Of a stretch of DNA of 64,000 nucleotides, positions 26,601 to 41,600 are shown piece after piece. The notes under the pieces are model-generated. The model saw nothing but the letters and a program-made list of their open reading frames with translations, did not search any database and had not been told where the DNA came from. The DNA comes from Mytilus edulis (taxonomy: Eukaryota): assembly GCF_963676685.1 (NCBI RefSeq), contig NC_092353.1, positions 29,140,001-29,204,000 on the forward strand, written 5' to 3'. Both the position numbers and the translations under genes were made by a program. Position 1 is the first letter of the stretch, and every line of letters starts with the position of its first letter.

Positions 26601-29600
26601 GAAGAAAAGGAAGTTAAACCAGAATTTGAACAAACTACGAAAGAAGAAAATAACAACAAGCAAATGAAGTCAGAATTAGGAAGCGACATGTGGAAACAAT
26701 TAAAAAGAGTTTCAATACCGATATTTAAAGGAGATAAAAGAAACTACCATAGCTGGAAAGCTGCATTTCTAGCATGTATCGACCAAGCACCGGCGACAAA
26801 GGAATATAAATTATTACAACTAAGACAATATGTGGAAGGTGAAGCGTTACAAGTTATCGAAAATTTAGGACATTCAGCAGTTGCGTATGATGCCGCAAAG
26901 GAGCGCTTAGAAAGAAAGTATGGAGGACAACGAAGACAAATAACCCTGTATATAGAAGAACTTTAAAACTTTAAACCTATGAGAGAAGGTATCGCTAAAG
27001 ACATAGAACATTTTGCAGATTTACTGGATATAGCAGTTGTGAACTTGAAAGAAGCAGGTCGTTTCGAGGAGTTAAAAAATGGTTCTTTGTACAACAAATT
27101 GCAGCGAAAGATGACAGAAGCTATGTTGTCGAGGTATCATCGTTGGATATTCGAAAGCGGAAAAACAGAGTCAGTTGAATGTCTACGTGAGTGGATTTTA
27201 CAGGAAGCAGAGTTTCAAACTATAGCCTCAGAAACAATACATGGATTAAGTGCAAACACTAGTAGCAATTCACAGCGGAATTATAAAGGAAATCGTAGGG
27301 ATGGATTTAGAACATTTTTTGGAGAATCGCAAAATGAAAGCTATACCGGAAATAGGGTGTGCAAGTGTTGTAACGGTAATCATGGAGTTTGGAAGTGTGA
27401 TGAATTTCGGAAGTTAACCGTTAACAAGAGATGGGATACCGCAAAACATTTACAGTTGTGTTATCGTTGCTTAGGACATGATCACGTAGGCAGACAGTGT
27501 CCGAGAAGTAGAGCATGTAACTTGGGTGGATGCAAAGAAGTGCACAACAGACTTTAACATAGAGATAAACAATCGTTCAGTGAGCCAAAAGTTCCAGTGA
27601 GAACCGAATCGAAAACAAAACAGAACTATGCTGCTGAAAAGAAGGAAAGTACAGACGCCGCCACTGAGGGGGAGAATCGGGATCGCACAATGATTGGCCG
27701 AGACAGAAAATCAAACTTCGTTACACTTAGAACAGTACCTGTAATATTGAAAAATGGAAACCGTACCGTAAGTGTTAATGCATTACTGGATGACGCAAGT
27801 ACGAAAACGTATATCAACGCTGATGTTGCCGCCGAATTGGGACTTCAAGGACAAGTTCAGAAAGTGACAATTAATGTGTTAAATGACAATGTTGAAACAT
27901 TTGAAACTATGCCAGTCGAGGTAAGACTTCAAAGTCACAATGGTCAGACAGACTTCAAAATAGTCCCATTCACTACTAACCGTGTAACCGGAAGTTTACA
28001 GCCAGTTGACTGGAAACAACATGCTCGGGAATGGGACCATCTTGCAGGGATTAAATTTCCGAATCAAGGAAAATGACCTACTGTTGATATGTTGATCGGA
28101 CTGGACTATCCGGATCTTCATTATTTTTATAGAGATATACGTGGTAAACCTGGAGAGCCAATTGCTAGACTAACACCTTTAGGTTGGACGTGCATCGGAG
28201 ATCCGAATAGCGGACAGGATCAGACACTTTATAACCGAACTTATTTTGCTCGTGGACAAGAGGATCGAAACGATTTAGATAACATTGTTAGGAAGTTTTG
28301 GGAAATCGAAAATGTCAAAACACCAAGCGAAAACGTGTTTCTAAGCAATGATGAGCAAAAAGCGTTGTCAAAGGTAGAGCAATCTTTGGAATTTAAGGAT
28401 GGACACTACGAAGTTAAAGTACCGTGGAAAGACGACACACCTTCATTACCGAACAATTATAATATGGCATTAAGTAGATTAGCAAATATAGAAAAAAGAT
28501 TAAACAAAGACCCGAGTATTGCTAATGTTTATACACAAACAATAGAGAAATATATTGAGAAAGGATATGTTCGCAAAGTATCGACAAAGGAGGAGACCGT
28601 AACAGGAAAATGGTATTTGCCGCATTTCCCGGTAATAAGACCGGACAAGGAAACAACGAAAACGAGGATCGTATTTGATGCGTCCGCAAAATTTCAGGGG
28701 ATTTCGCTAAATGACACTATTCATCAAGGTCCAAAGTTACAGCAAGATTTATTCGATGTACTATTACGCTTCAGAAAATACCCCGTTGCACTTGTTTGTG
28801 ACATCGCCGAAATGTATTTGAGAATTAAAATTGCACCAGACGACAGACCGTTTCACAGATTTTTATGGCGCGCAATGAAAACTGAACAGGAACCAGAAGA
28901 GTATGAATTCAATAGTGTTGTTTTTGGAGTAAATTCGTCTCCATTTCAAGCTCAGTTTGTTTCTAGAAAACATGCCAAAATGACAAAAGATTCATATCCA
29001 CGAGCCGCCGAAACAGTTCTCAAATCTACATACATGGACGACAGTATGGACTCCGTAATCAACGATGAACAAGGCATCGAACTTTATAATCAGCTATCAC
29101 AGTTATGGGCAAAGGCAGGGATGTATGCACGGAAATGGTATCGAATTCAAAGGCAGTTTTACAATGCATACCAGAAGAAGATCGCGCGTCACAAGTCGAT
29201 CTCGATGAGGGATATTTACCGTCAGTGAAAACTCTAGGAGTAATATGGCAGGCAGACAATGACATATTCACGTTTAAAGCTAACCCACCGGCAGATGATT
29301 TTAAATTTACTAAACGAAACATTCTAAGCAAAGTTGCTACGTTATTCGATCCGTTAGGATTTATTGCGCCGTACACAATAAGAGGAAAACTACTACTACA
29401 AGAGATGTGGACAGCAGGACTAGACTGGGACGACCAGTTAGACGAAGAACTTGTTGAAAAATCTAGAGAGTGGTTCCGTGAACTTGATGAACTATGTATG
29501 TTGTATTAAAATACCGAGATGTTTGCAGTTAAACGCAGACATTGTTTTAAAGAGTCTACACACATTCAGCGACGCTTCTCAGGAGGCTTATGGATCAGTT

Positions 29601-32600
29601 ATTTATGCTAGACACGAGTATAAGAGTGGAATGCTATCTACGAGATTTATAGCAGCGAAATCGAGAGTTGCTCCTTTAACTTCAGTCAGCATTCCAAGAC
29701 TTGAGTTAATGGCCGCAGTTTTAGGATTAAGATTAGCACATTCAGTTAAGCACGCATTAGAAGTGCCCGATGATAATATGAAATTCTGGTCAGACAGTAT
29801 GAACGTTTTGTATTGGATTAGAGGCAGGAGTAGAGAGTACAAGCCATTTGTAGCGAATCGAATTGGAGAGATTCACACGTCATCGCATCCTCAACAATGG
29901 CGACATGTGCCAACAAAAGTTAACCCAGCAGATTTAGCATCTAGAGGTAGAACCGTTGAACAATTACAGTCGGACGTAATTTGGTGGAATGGACCGGAAT
30001 TTCTACAAGATGAGGAACCACAATGGCCGGACACTAATATTCAGATAGAAAACGTACGTGATACCGAACTTAAGTGTCAAAAGAAAACAAGCGATAAATA
30101 TACTACACTGAAAAGTATTCATAATAATGATTTAGATTGGCGTTTAGATCCCGTACGTTATTCTAGTGTCGTTAGACTAGTTCGTGTACAAGCGTATGTG
30201 CACAGATTTATTGACAATTGCAGACTAAAGCAAAAACAACGTCGTCAAGGTAGTTTATCTACCGTAGAATATGCAGATGTCGAGTTGGATATAATCAAAA
30301 ATGCACAAAGGGAGGCATTTTCAGACGAATACAACGCTCTTATGAAAAGTAAAGATTTACCGAAAACCAGCAAATTGCTAGGATTACAACCGCGAATTGA
30401 TGAAAATGGACTAATCAGATGTGATGGACGTTTAGAGAACGCCGAATTTCTATCGTTTGATGCAAGATATCCAATAATATTACCACGAAAAAATTGGGTC
30501 ACGAAGCTTATTGTGAAACGATATCACGAACTTGGAAAACATGTTAGTGGGACAAATCAAACATTTTCAGCATTATCGTCACGATTTTGGATTATTTCAG
30601 GGAGAGAAGAAATAAGAGAATATGAACATGAGTGTTATACGTGTCGTAAGAAGAAAGCTAAAGTTGCCGAGCAAGTGATGGCTCCGTTACCGGAAATTCG
30701 TTTCAAAACACCTTTACATGCTTTTGCTCGTACAGCAGTTGATTTTGGTGGACCGTTCATAACTGTTCAGGGCAGAGGAGAACGACGTCAGAAAAGATAC
30801 TTATGTCTATCTACATGTTTAGCGTCACGCGCAGTGCATTTGGAAGTAGCATTTGGATTAGATACGGACTCATTTCTTAACGCATTTTATCGGATGGTGA
30901 ACAGGCGAGGTCTTCTGAAAGAGATGATTTCAGACAATGGAACTAATTTTGTAGGAGCAAATAGAGAACTGAAAGAACTTGTTGCGCTTTAAGACCAGGA
31001 TAAAATACATAATTCAATTAGTAACCAAGGGATTAAGTGGCATTTCAACCCACCGTTAGCTCCGCATTTTGGTGGTATTCACGAGACAATGATAAAATCG
31101 GCAAAAAGGGCTATTTATGCAATATTAGGAAATGCAGACATTAATGATGAGGAACTATTAACAGCATTTACCGGAGCTGAAGCACTGATAAATTCGAGAC
31201 CGCTTACGTACCAATCTGCCGATCCGAAAGATGATACACCTTTAACACCGAATCACTTCTTGCACGGACAATTAGGTGGTCATTTCGCTCCAGAAACCGT
31301 TGATAATACTGATTTTAACCCGAGAAAACGATGGAGAAGAATACAGGAATTAATTAGACATTTTTGGAAACGTTGGATTATAGAATGGTTGCCGGGACTT
31401 AACAAACGTGACAAGTGGACTAAAACAAAAGGGGACATGAAAATCGATGATATTGTGCTTGTAATGAATCCGAACGCTCCGAGAGGACATTGGCCGCTTG
31501 GCAGAATAATCGAAGTTTTCCCTGGCAAAGATGGACATGTTCGCGTTGCAAAAGTTTCACTTGGACAAACTGTATTAATAAGACCAATAACAAAACTGTG
31601 CCCGTTAGAGATCGAAACCTCCGAAAATGACATTGATAAATAATTAAAGTATAAATATGGACATATATTTCATTTCAATTTAGACAGTTAAATATTTTGA
31701 AATAGTTTTAGATTTGACAATTTGAACTTAGATCAAAGACAGTTTTATATCGTTTAATTATTGTTTGTTTGATTGGCTTAGAGCAATCAAGAGGGGGAGA
31801 ATGAATTGAAGACAATAGCTTTTTAGTTTTTATTAGTATGATTGTAAGTTAGGATTTTTTAATAGAGTAGAAATCGGTTTTTATTGATTGCACTTATAAT
31901 TTTGCAAGTTTATTTTTATCGTTAATTTTCCAAAGAATTTATTACTGTGTAGAAAGTTAATGGTTAATCTTAACGGTATTCCTAAATTTTATGACACCTT
32001 CAATAGGTCAGTCTAGTCATTTAGAGTTCAAGTAAAAATCGTCTTCACGTGCAGCTGTGGCTATTTAATTTAGTTACTTTGTTTTGATCATCTCTGGGAA
32101 TCAGGTTAAATGAGTGTGAAATTTTATGTCTAATGTTCAGACGTAAACGGATCGTTTTTATCTTGCGATAAGTTAACATTGAAAACAATGTTGTGAAATT
32201 GTATTACGAAAATGATTGTATATATTGTAAATATTGGATTAAAACGTAGTTATTAGCAAACATTCGTTAGTTATGTGATATGGATATAATAATGCTATTG
32301 GTATAACGCTATCGTCGAACTCCCAAATCCCAAATCGTCGAACTTTATATGAACCAATTTATTCCACTGCACATTTCAAATCGTCTCCGCAATACCACTA
32401 GTTAATCGGAGACTTTGCAATGTAGACGGTGTAATGTTGACGATGTGGACGAGCTTAACAATATAACAATTAATATAATTTAAAAAGTAAAATAATAACA
32501 ATATCGAAGTCCGAAAAATTTATAAACGGAAAGTCCCTAAGCAAACGCTTTAAAATGAATGTTTTATTTTTTTCTCTGTTTATGCCGCAGCAAAGTTATG

Positions 32601-35600
32601 TCGAACAGAAATATACACTGTCTTTCCTTCATTTTGATACCAAATCTTCATATGATATGAACGATAACTTATAAAACAAAATCCTATAATATTTAAATAA
32701 AATAAGTACAAAAATTAACAATGAAAAGGGATGCTCACAACAGTGATACGTATAAAAAAAAATCAAAGGACTAGCAAATTGTTCTTAATAAATACGAAAT
32801 ACAAGGAATTTTTACAAAGCATGAATTTTGGGGTGTTAAAACACCATCAGTATAAAACTTTGCGTATATAAGAGTTATAATTCTCTTTAGAAGATTTGGT
32901 CGAAAATAATAAAATGTATTATGAGGGGTTAATCAGTTTATGGAAAGGGCTTTAAAATATTTATCCCTGACAAATTATTGTGTTATTTGTGGCTGTTTTA
33001 GTTTTCTGGTATTCACTTGTATTGTACCGAAAGGTTGTATTTCATTATTCCCATTTTCAAACATTGTTTTCAATTTGGAACATGTAGTTGCCGTATTGGA
33101 CGATAGATACCTAACATAATAAACTTATATTTGGTAGGTAATTCACTTACATGTTTTTCTTTACAGCCACTGTGATAAAATGCTTCTCCAAAGTGAAAAA
33201 ATTCTTCCATATAGCAAATCTATTTAAAAAATACACCCAAAAAAATAAAGATTTAAAAAATTGTTATGAATTCACTGATATGGCAACTTATATCTATCAT
33301 AAGTTATTTAATTGCGCATAGCTTTATTTACTATATTATTATTTTTTTAACCTTTAAATGAAAAACTATATATTTAATATCTTTGTAAAACAGTATTAAA
33401 ATAATTATAGCAACGACACAACTGAAATGGAGGACATTTTATATTTTTAAAAGTTTTCATTGATTTCAAAGTTATATTCTCTTCCCTAAAGGATTACATG
33501 CTTTACTTTTTACTGGTGTTTTTGTGTAGTCATCTTGTCGTGGACATAGTTACACTTTTTTGTTTTTAAATTTCGTTCATTATTTTGGCTCATGATTATT
33601 CAATTATAACTTTTCATGGACAGCAGATATTCGTGATTATTTCTAGAAAATTGATTTAAAGTGTATTTAACTATATCATATCCTTTGTTATAAATAAACT
33701 CATTATAGATACATCGCTTGATATAATAAATGTGCTTTCTGTTATCCTCTAACAATTAAGACAATGAACCTGTAGCGTTTTAACGACTAGTATAGTAAAA
33801 AAAATGTCTACGATCGTGTCGTTATAGCACAGCTTTCGTGGCTAGCCACCTGTTTCGATTTTGGCAAATAAATAATTTGTAAGGTATTTTGATCCATTGT
33901 ACCATAAAAATATTTCTTATTTCTTATTTATATATCTTATTGATAAAATTATTCGAAGAACAAATCAACAAAAAGTTTAATCATTGAAACACTGTTTTGC
34001 AAACACCTGCTTAAGGCATTGAAGCACGTTAAAATAACATATACACTCAGATTAAAAACCATATGAGTATACGCATACATTGTATTGTCATGACCATACG
34101 CATATGGTACAAATACTCTCATGGTCTTGATGATATACATATATATATATATTTGAACTTGAATTTATATATCTATTACTACCTTTCATTGCTGCTTCGA
34201 ATGAATATTTTTAAAGCAATCATTCAAAATTGTTTAGAACAAAGTGTTATAAACTTGTTATATACCTCAAACGGATCACAAAACGATACGGTATGGCACT
34301 CGGCTGGTGTCAATACGCCTTGGCAATTATAACATATACGTCCATCATATTGCGTTGTATCTATCATTAAAGAATATAAGAGTGAGAAATTGAAATGTAA
34401 ATATTAACTTAATATCGGTACTTTGTGGAAATAATCTAGTCCTTATGTTGATACGTAAGGCATGTGTAACGGAAGATGGACTTACGGTTGAATGCTTAAT
34501 AAAAAGGCTTTTATTAACCGAAAACTCTTGACAAATGGTCAATGATAGTGATTGATTGATTCTTTTCGAAGCGGGATAAATTAGGAAAGAATAACTTCAT
34601 AACCATTTTAATATCAATCGATTTGAAATTTGATCATATAGTAGTTGTTTATAGTGGACACTTTTTTTTTTTATTTTTGAACATGACCATAGTTCTTTTA
34701 GTGAAGGATTTGAAAGAATACATAACAAATATGTGTCTCTCAAATCAATTCGGTGGAAATTTTTAAGTTTTTGCTGAGCGTATGGAATTTAAAAAACCTA
34801 CCTTCTCCACATCCATATGTATTACAAAGATCTGATGAGCAACATTGGAAACAAGCATGGCTTCTATTTGCCTCAGCTGCATTGGTATGACATGTCTATT
34901 TCGTTGTTCAATGTTAAATAATAAAAGAAGATTCATGGATTACTGAACTCGGATGCCTAATAATTATTTACGTTTCTATTTTGAATTCCGTAAATACGGG
35001 ATGAACAGCCTGGCCAAACGACTACAGATCAAGACAAGAGGTCAATACTGTTTGGATTTGTTATATTTTGTGTAGTTAGTGTACGTGGTGATGAGTATTA
35101 TAATAAGTCGAAGTTAATACATAGTCGAAAGTCTTTTTCATATTGTGGGATAAGAATAAAATTGAAACAAATTAAAACAAAGGCGAGATAAAGGTAAAAG
35201 TTTTAAAACGTCACAGTTGCATGTGCATGATCCGAAATCAAAAACCTGCAAACTATCAGTAAACAGGAATTAGATGTTTGATAAACTGACAAGTGCTTAC
35301 ACGTTACAAGTCGTCACTATTTAGTTGCTGATGACTAAAATGAAGTCAATTTGTTTTAAAGCTCCTGGTAACAGAATGACGGAAATAGTTATTTGACGAA
35401 CGGATATACAAAGTTAATGAAATATAGAATAAGTCTTAAATTTTAGGGCGTAGTAATGATATTATCCATGCAATTGTTGAAATTATGTCCTCTTGTGTTT
35501 TCATGACTACTTTCGTTAATCTTGTACATTATTAATATATAAATTCTTTGTGTGTATTGTTATTATTTACTCACGTTTTGAGCCATACATCCAGTTTTAT

Positions 35601-38600
35601 AGACTATCTCCCCCGTTTTGTCAGTTATCCGTTCGACACCACATATCTAGGGGAAATCTCATAAATATTAGATATTGTAGTTCTATTATTACTCAAATTG
35701 TTTAGAAAGTAGAGTTATTATGAGAAGGACTAACACAAACTACTTTTCTAATGATTTTCTGCTATTCGATGTGAGAACAAAATCAATATGATGCTTTCAT
35801 GATGAGACAACACCATACGTCGATAAACCACAATGTCCTGTTAGATTTTCTAGAGCCCTGACTATAAAGCTGAAACAGACATAACAAATCAGTTGAAAAA
35901 AGAAACACATTTCACAAAATATAAATATTTCGACTTTGGCCGTTTGTAGAAAAATGCGTAAAGTTAAATATTCTTACCTGATTATCAGAGCATTCTTGGA
36001 CGTGTTGACAAAAACGTGGATGTCGAATTACTGGACAGTTGAAGCATGTCAGAGCTAGTAATAAAATAATTAAAAAAAACAAAAACAATTTGCTTAAAAC
36101 AATAATATGTATAAGTTTCATAATAAATTAGAACTATCCAGCGTTGCTTCTCTTTGAATAATAAACAAACAAAAAGTTTTTAATCATAATTTTTGTTCCG
36201 TGTTGTGCTATTTAATTGCGTACTTATTTTTTTTGTCGACAAATTAAAAAGCACATGAGACTAAACAGTGTAACTTTCAATATATGTATTCCTAAGTAAG
36301 CATGGTAGCATGTATACATAATAAAACAGACACAAATACCTGTTTTACCAGAAGACTCTGCTTATGGTAAATTGAAATAAAAAACATAGTTTTAAAAGTT
36401 TAATTAATGAATGATCTTTCTTTTCCTCAAAAACCATTTGTATAGTTCCAGAAAAGATCATAATATTGACAACAAAAACAAATTTAACAAAATGTGTGAG
36501 ATGCAAATGACTATCATATTATGATATTATATATCGAAAATGTTTAAGGATTAGTGATTCGGTAGAATGTGATCACATATACATTTGTTTTTAATATATA
36601 CACATGGAAAAAAGTATTGCAACACCTTGATTTTTTAAAACTTGAAAAATCAGTCTCTTATTTTGGATGGAATATGATAAAATATTTGTAAAATAATATT
36701 GAAACGTAGTTAATGATGATATTGGCATTAAAACGAACAAAAAATTAATGAAAAAAAAAGTTTTATCTAACCAAAATTTTTCTAACAAAATGAAGTGTTT
36801 TTGGTACAAAAAAATGCATTTTACAACTTTTGCTGTAGTGGAACTTTACAATGTCAGACATTTCAAAATTAATCTTTAGATGATTGTTCACATCATGGTT
36901 GATCGTTATACGCCAAAGAATTAGTACTTTGTGCGCAGCCTCCATTCAAACGGATAACCACATCTTAACGTCTTCTGATTCCTGCCATAAGTCGACTAAT
37001 TTGTTTCTAAGGTAGCAGCAACCATTCTTGACGAAGGGTATTGTTTATTTTATGACGTGTTTGAACTGGGATGTCCATTCGTGCACTTTACGCCCAATAG
37101 TGTACCATATATGCTCGATATGGTTCAAATTCGGACTTCGATTGGGCCAAGGAAGATAAACCGAATTCCATTGGAACAATGGATCTTCCTCTACGACGCC
37201 AATTTCCAACTTTGGCGAACTCTGCACTATATTGGATACGCGAATCTGTGTGTCTGTTCTTAGGCAAAGGTCCCCGAAAAGGTATTATCGCACGATAACC
37301 AGTAGCGATGAGCCAATCTCGAACAGTTCTTGTTTAAAGGCTCCTGTATGGTCATCACTCTCTTTTTAGGATTGTATTGTTTGCAATGGTATTGGTGCTT
37401 AGCTTTTTGTAGGTAAAAAACAGCCTATTGCTATGGAAATACAGATCTTTTTTAAAATATCTTCCAGAATTTTAAAATTTCTCATTGTTTATGCAATAGT
37501 TATGGATCAATAAAATATCAATTCTAGCCATCGGTTGAGGTCAATACGATGTTAAATCGACCCACAGAAGCATATCAACCTTGGACTTCGTCATCGGTTT
37601 ATATGCTTCTCTTAGGTCGGGATAATCTCACACCGATTTCATACGAAGGTAAGTATTCAAACTAAGAATGGAAATGGGGAATGTGTCAAAGAGAAAATAC
37701 CTGACCATAGAAAAAACAACAGCAGAAGGTCACTAACAGGTCTTCAATGACATTCTCGCACCCGGAGGCGTCCTTCAGCGGGCCCCTAAACAAATATTTA
37801 CTAGTTCAGTGATAATGAACGCCATACTAATATCCGGATTGTACACAAGAAACTAAAATTAAAAAGAATACAAGACTAACAAAGGCCAGAGGCTCCTGAC
37901 TTGGGACAGGCGCATAAATGCGGCGGGGTTAAACATGTTTATGAGATCTCAACTCTCCCCCTATACCTCTAGCCAATGTAGAAAAGTAAATGCATAACAA
38001 TACGCACATTTAAAATTCAATTCAAGAGAAGTCCGAGTCTGATTTCAGAAGATGTAACCAACGAAAATAAACATTATGACAATAATACATAAATAACAAC
38101 AGACTACTAGCAGTTAACTGACATGCCAGCTCCAGACTTCAATTAAACTGATTGAAAGATTATGATTTCATCATATGAATATCAGGCACAATCCTTCCCG
38201 TTAGGGGTTTAGTGTCATACCATCATAACATATATGAGAAGAACATAACCCGTGTCATGCCAACAACTTGTTTTTTAATAATAAATGTGTTTAGTTCCGA
38301 TGCAAAGACCCTATAAGTGAATCAATATTAACGCCAAAATAAGCAATCTTTAGTGACCTGACAACAGTATCGTAACTATATCCCTTCTTGATAAGTCTAT
38401 TTAAAGTTTTTTTTAGTTTCTGAGGTGAATACTGACATTTTTGTGCTTTATAAAGAATATTTCCATAAAAAATTGGATGTGAAACTGTATATTAGTGTGT
38501 TATGATAAAAAAAAAAGACATTGGTTTCAACCAAGAAGATGGAATTTTACATAATTTCATTTAATCTATACAAGTTGTTAAAAAACTTTATTAAGATGAT

Positions 38601-41600
38601 TTGAGATGAAAATAAACTTAACATTGAAACTTGGATTAAAGTTGTGGACGCCAGACACGCTTCCGTGTATATGTCATTTTGTGTTTCGTTGTTACATATT
38701 TTTTTTTTTTTCAGTGAGTAAAATTATAACACAATGGTGACTGCTGTACCACTATTATTCATATTTTAACCTATTCTGTCTTCGTTTTGTTCACGCATCG
38801 TTGTCAAAATACTGGAATTTGACTGTCATACAAGTGAGAGGTTTATCTAGCTATAAAACCAGGTTCAATCCACCATTTTCCACAATAAAATGCCTGTACC
38901 ATGTCCGGAATATGACAGTTGTTATCAATTCGTTTCATGTGTTTGACCATTTGAATTTGCCATTTGATCAGGGATTGTCCGTTTTGAATTTCCTCGGAAT
39001 TCAGTAATTTTGTGATTTTACTTTTTTCGTCTACAAAGATTCATCACTAACGCTCGAATCAAAATCATTTAAAGGCCACATGCATTTTAAGAGCTTTACA
39101 AACCCTAAGTCCAAACGGTTGTATATTACTCTGTAAGATGTTTACCTTTACAGCTAACAGCCTGTAAAAACAGCAAAACAAGGTGTCCTGGAAAAAAGTT
39201 TTTTCGCAATAATTTCTTCTGAAGGAAATACATGCTACTCTAAATGAACGTTAAATACTCGATGCATTTATTTAATTCTATTTGAAAAATATATCTTATG
39301 AATGTTATTACCTAATGTACCATCTTGACCATATCATTAGCGATTCAATTTAGAAAACAATGGCAATTTACACAGTTTTAGATAAATACATGTTAGCGCC
39401 AGTCTTTACCATTATCTTCATGACTCACGTAAGATGCTACGTCTTCAAAATAAACAAACTGTAACAAAATGCCGTTCTGGCAAAGCTGCTACTCATAGTA
39501 CTACGAAGATAGCAAAATGACGCAAGTGTGCCAATCCACGCAGTTTGTTAAAAATCGCAAAATATTGTGATTTCGCATAATTCTAGATTTAAATTATCTA
39601 AAGACGCTTGTTCAAAAACAAAATAGCTCTCCATTCTACGAAAATATGATTTCCAAATTCAAGTGAACCAAACTTAGAATTGTCGTACTTTCCCTATTCT
39701 ACTTTTATGTTAAAAACGTATCACAGTTGTTATCAATTCGTTTGATGTATTTGAATTTTTGATTTTACCATTTGCATAAGGAATTTCCATTTATAATTTT
39801 CTTCGGAGTTCATTATTTTTGCTATTTTACTTTTTATTCATGTTCACCGATTTGACTCGAATTCTCATATTTGATTGAGTCCATACCTGATACTTATAGT
39901 TGGTCAAAATTGTCTTAAAAAACAAACTATTCAAAAACATAAAGGTCTACATATGCGTCTGCTTTAAGGTGACTTATACATTATTCGAGTTATGTTTTAT
40001 CTATTGATTATTTTGTATGCATTCAGAACTCGTGTACTGCACCTGGATATTCAAAAACATTGGTATTGCCAACATTTACATTTATACGTTCAGTGATTCG
40101 GTACAAACATATAAACATGTAAGGTATGACATATTTTATAAAAAGATACAATAAGAAACAACGGTAACAACTTCCCCCGCTAATTTGAGTTTAAATGAAT
40201 TTTGCTATACCTTTTTGGTGACTATTTGACATGAAGCTCCTGGCATTTGGGGTATTTATAAACAAGAGTGCACACGCTGAAATATCTCGCTTTCTTTACT
40301 TACCATTGATATTATGCTGATAGTCCGAAATATAAAGCTTTACTACAAGTATCACATAAACTTAACATGATCCAAGGAAATGAGGTCAAGGTCATATAAA
40401 CAAACGAAAAACACATGTACACCTTACAATTATTCAACACACTTAATGAATTTAACTTATTGCTTATTGTTTCTAAGAACAGACTTAACCAAGAAAACCA
40501 AACATTGACCATGAACCGTGAAAATAAGGTCATTATCAGATGAACCATGCAGGGCAGACATGTACAGCTCACAATCCTTCCATACAACAAATATAGCTGA
40601 GATATTGCTTAAAATTTCAGAAAAACAGATCAAACACACAAAAACTAACCCTAAGCAATGAACCGTGAAAATGAGGTCACAGTCAAATAAAACCGTTGAA
40701 ACTGACATGTACATCATAAAATATTTCCATACACCAAATATAGTTGACCTATTGCATATAGTATTCAAAAAAGACCAAAACTCAAAAACTTAACTTTGAC
40801 CACTGAACCATGAAAATGAGTTCAAGGTCAAATTGCAGCTGCCAGTTGGACATGTACACCTTACAATCATTCCTTACACCAAATATACTAGACCTATTGC
40901 TTATAGTATTTGAGATAAGGATTTGACCACCAAAACGTAACCTTCACTGATCAATAAAATGAGGTCGAGGTCAAGTGAAAACTGTCTGACGGGCATAAGG
41001 ACCTTGCAAGGTACGTACATACCAAAGATACACGTAGTTACCCTTTTACTCATAATAAGAGAGATATAAAAATTGAAAAAAATTCTAATTTTTTTAAGTG
41101 GTCACTGAACCATGGAAATGCGGTCAAGGACAATGGACATGTGACAGATGGATTTCATTATATAACGCATAACAACAACAAAAAACACTAAGTACAGATC
41201 TGAGAGTACTCGCATTTATTGACAGCCAGTTCAAAGTCACTAATAACTAATAAAAAAAATCATACATCTAAGACAAAATTTGTACATTTCCGATTTTACA
41301 GTGTTTACGTTTAGAATTTAGTGTTTCTAAATACGGTAAATCCAGGAAAAGTTTATGTTTCTAGTTACAGATGATCATACCAATGAAAACATTACTGTTG
41401 TCTAAATTTGTTTACATCCATTATTTTTTTTTAACTTTGATGGATAGTTTTCTTAATTTCAATCTTACCAATTTTTCTTATTTTTATATTAATCTCTTAA
41501 AGCATAAAAGTTGTTAAGTACGAAAGCCCTCCTCTAGAAAGGTGTCTTACTAGTAAATCGTTAACACCAGGTTAGAAATTGTCGGTGATCAGAGGGAGCC

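Larger units (their letters stand above)
25409..32394 (+). mobile_element. Full-length BEL/Pao LTR retrotransposon, inactivated, antisense in an intron of gene A
   Basis: Two LTRs, CCACT TSD (25404-25408, 32395-32399), PBS, PPT, and gag-protease-RT-RNase H-integrase order. Confidence 0.95.

Noticed and set aside
26964-26966. Programmed readthrough of in-frame stops in the BEL polyprotein
   Set aside because: Four stops of mixed type fall inside domains, together with frameshifts; simple decay explains them.
36055-36121. In-frame hydrophobic leader MKLIHIIVLSKLFLFFLIILLLA as gene A signal peptide
   Set aside because: It is the translated polypyrimidine tract; gene B has an in-frame stop in the same region, and exons 41770-41761 plus 39187-39146 give a better spliced leader. 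Not fully excluded without RNA data.
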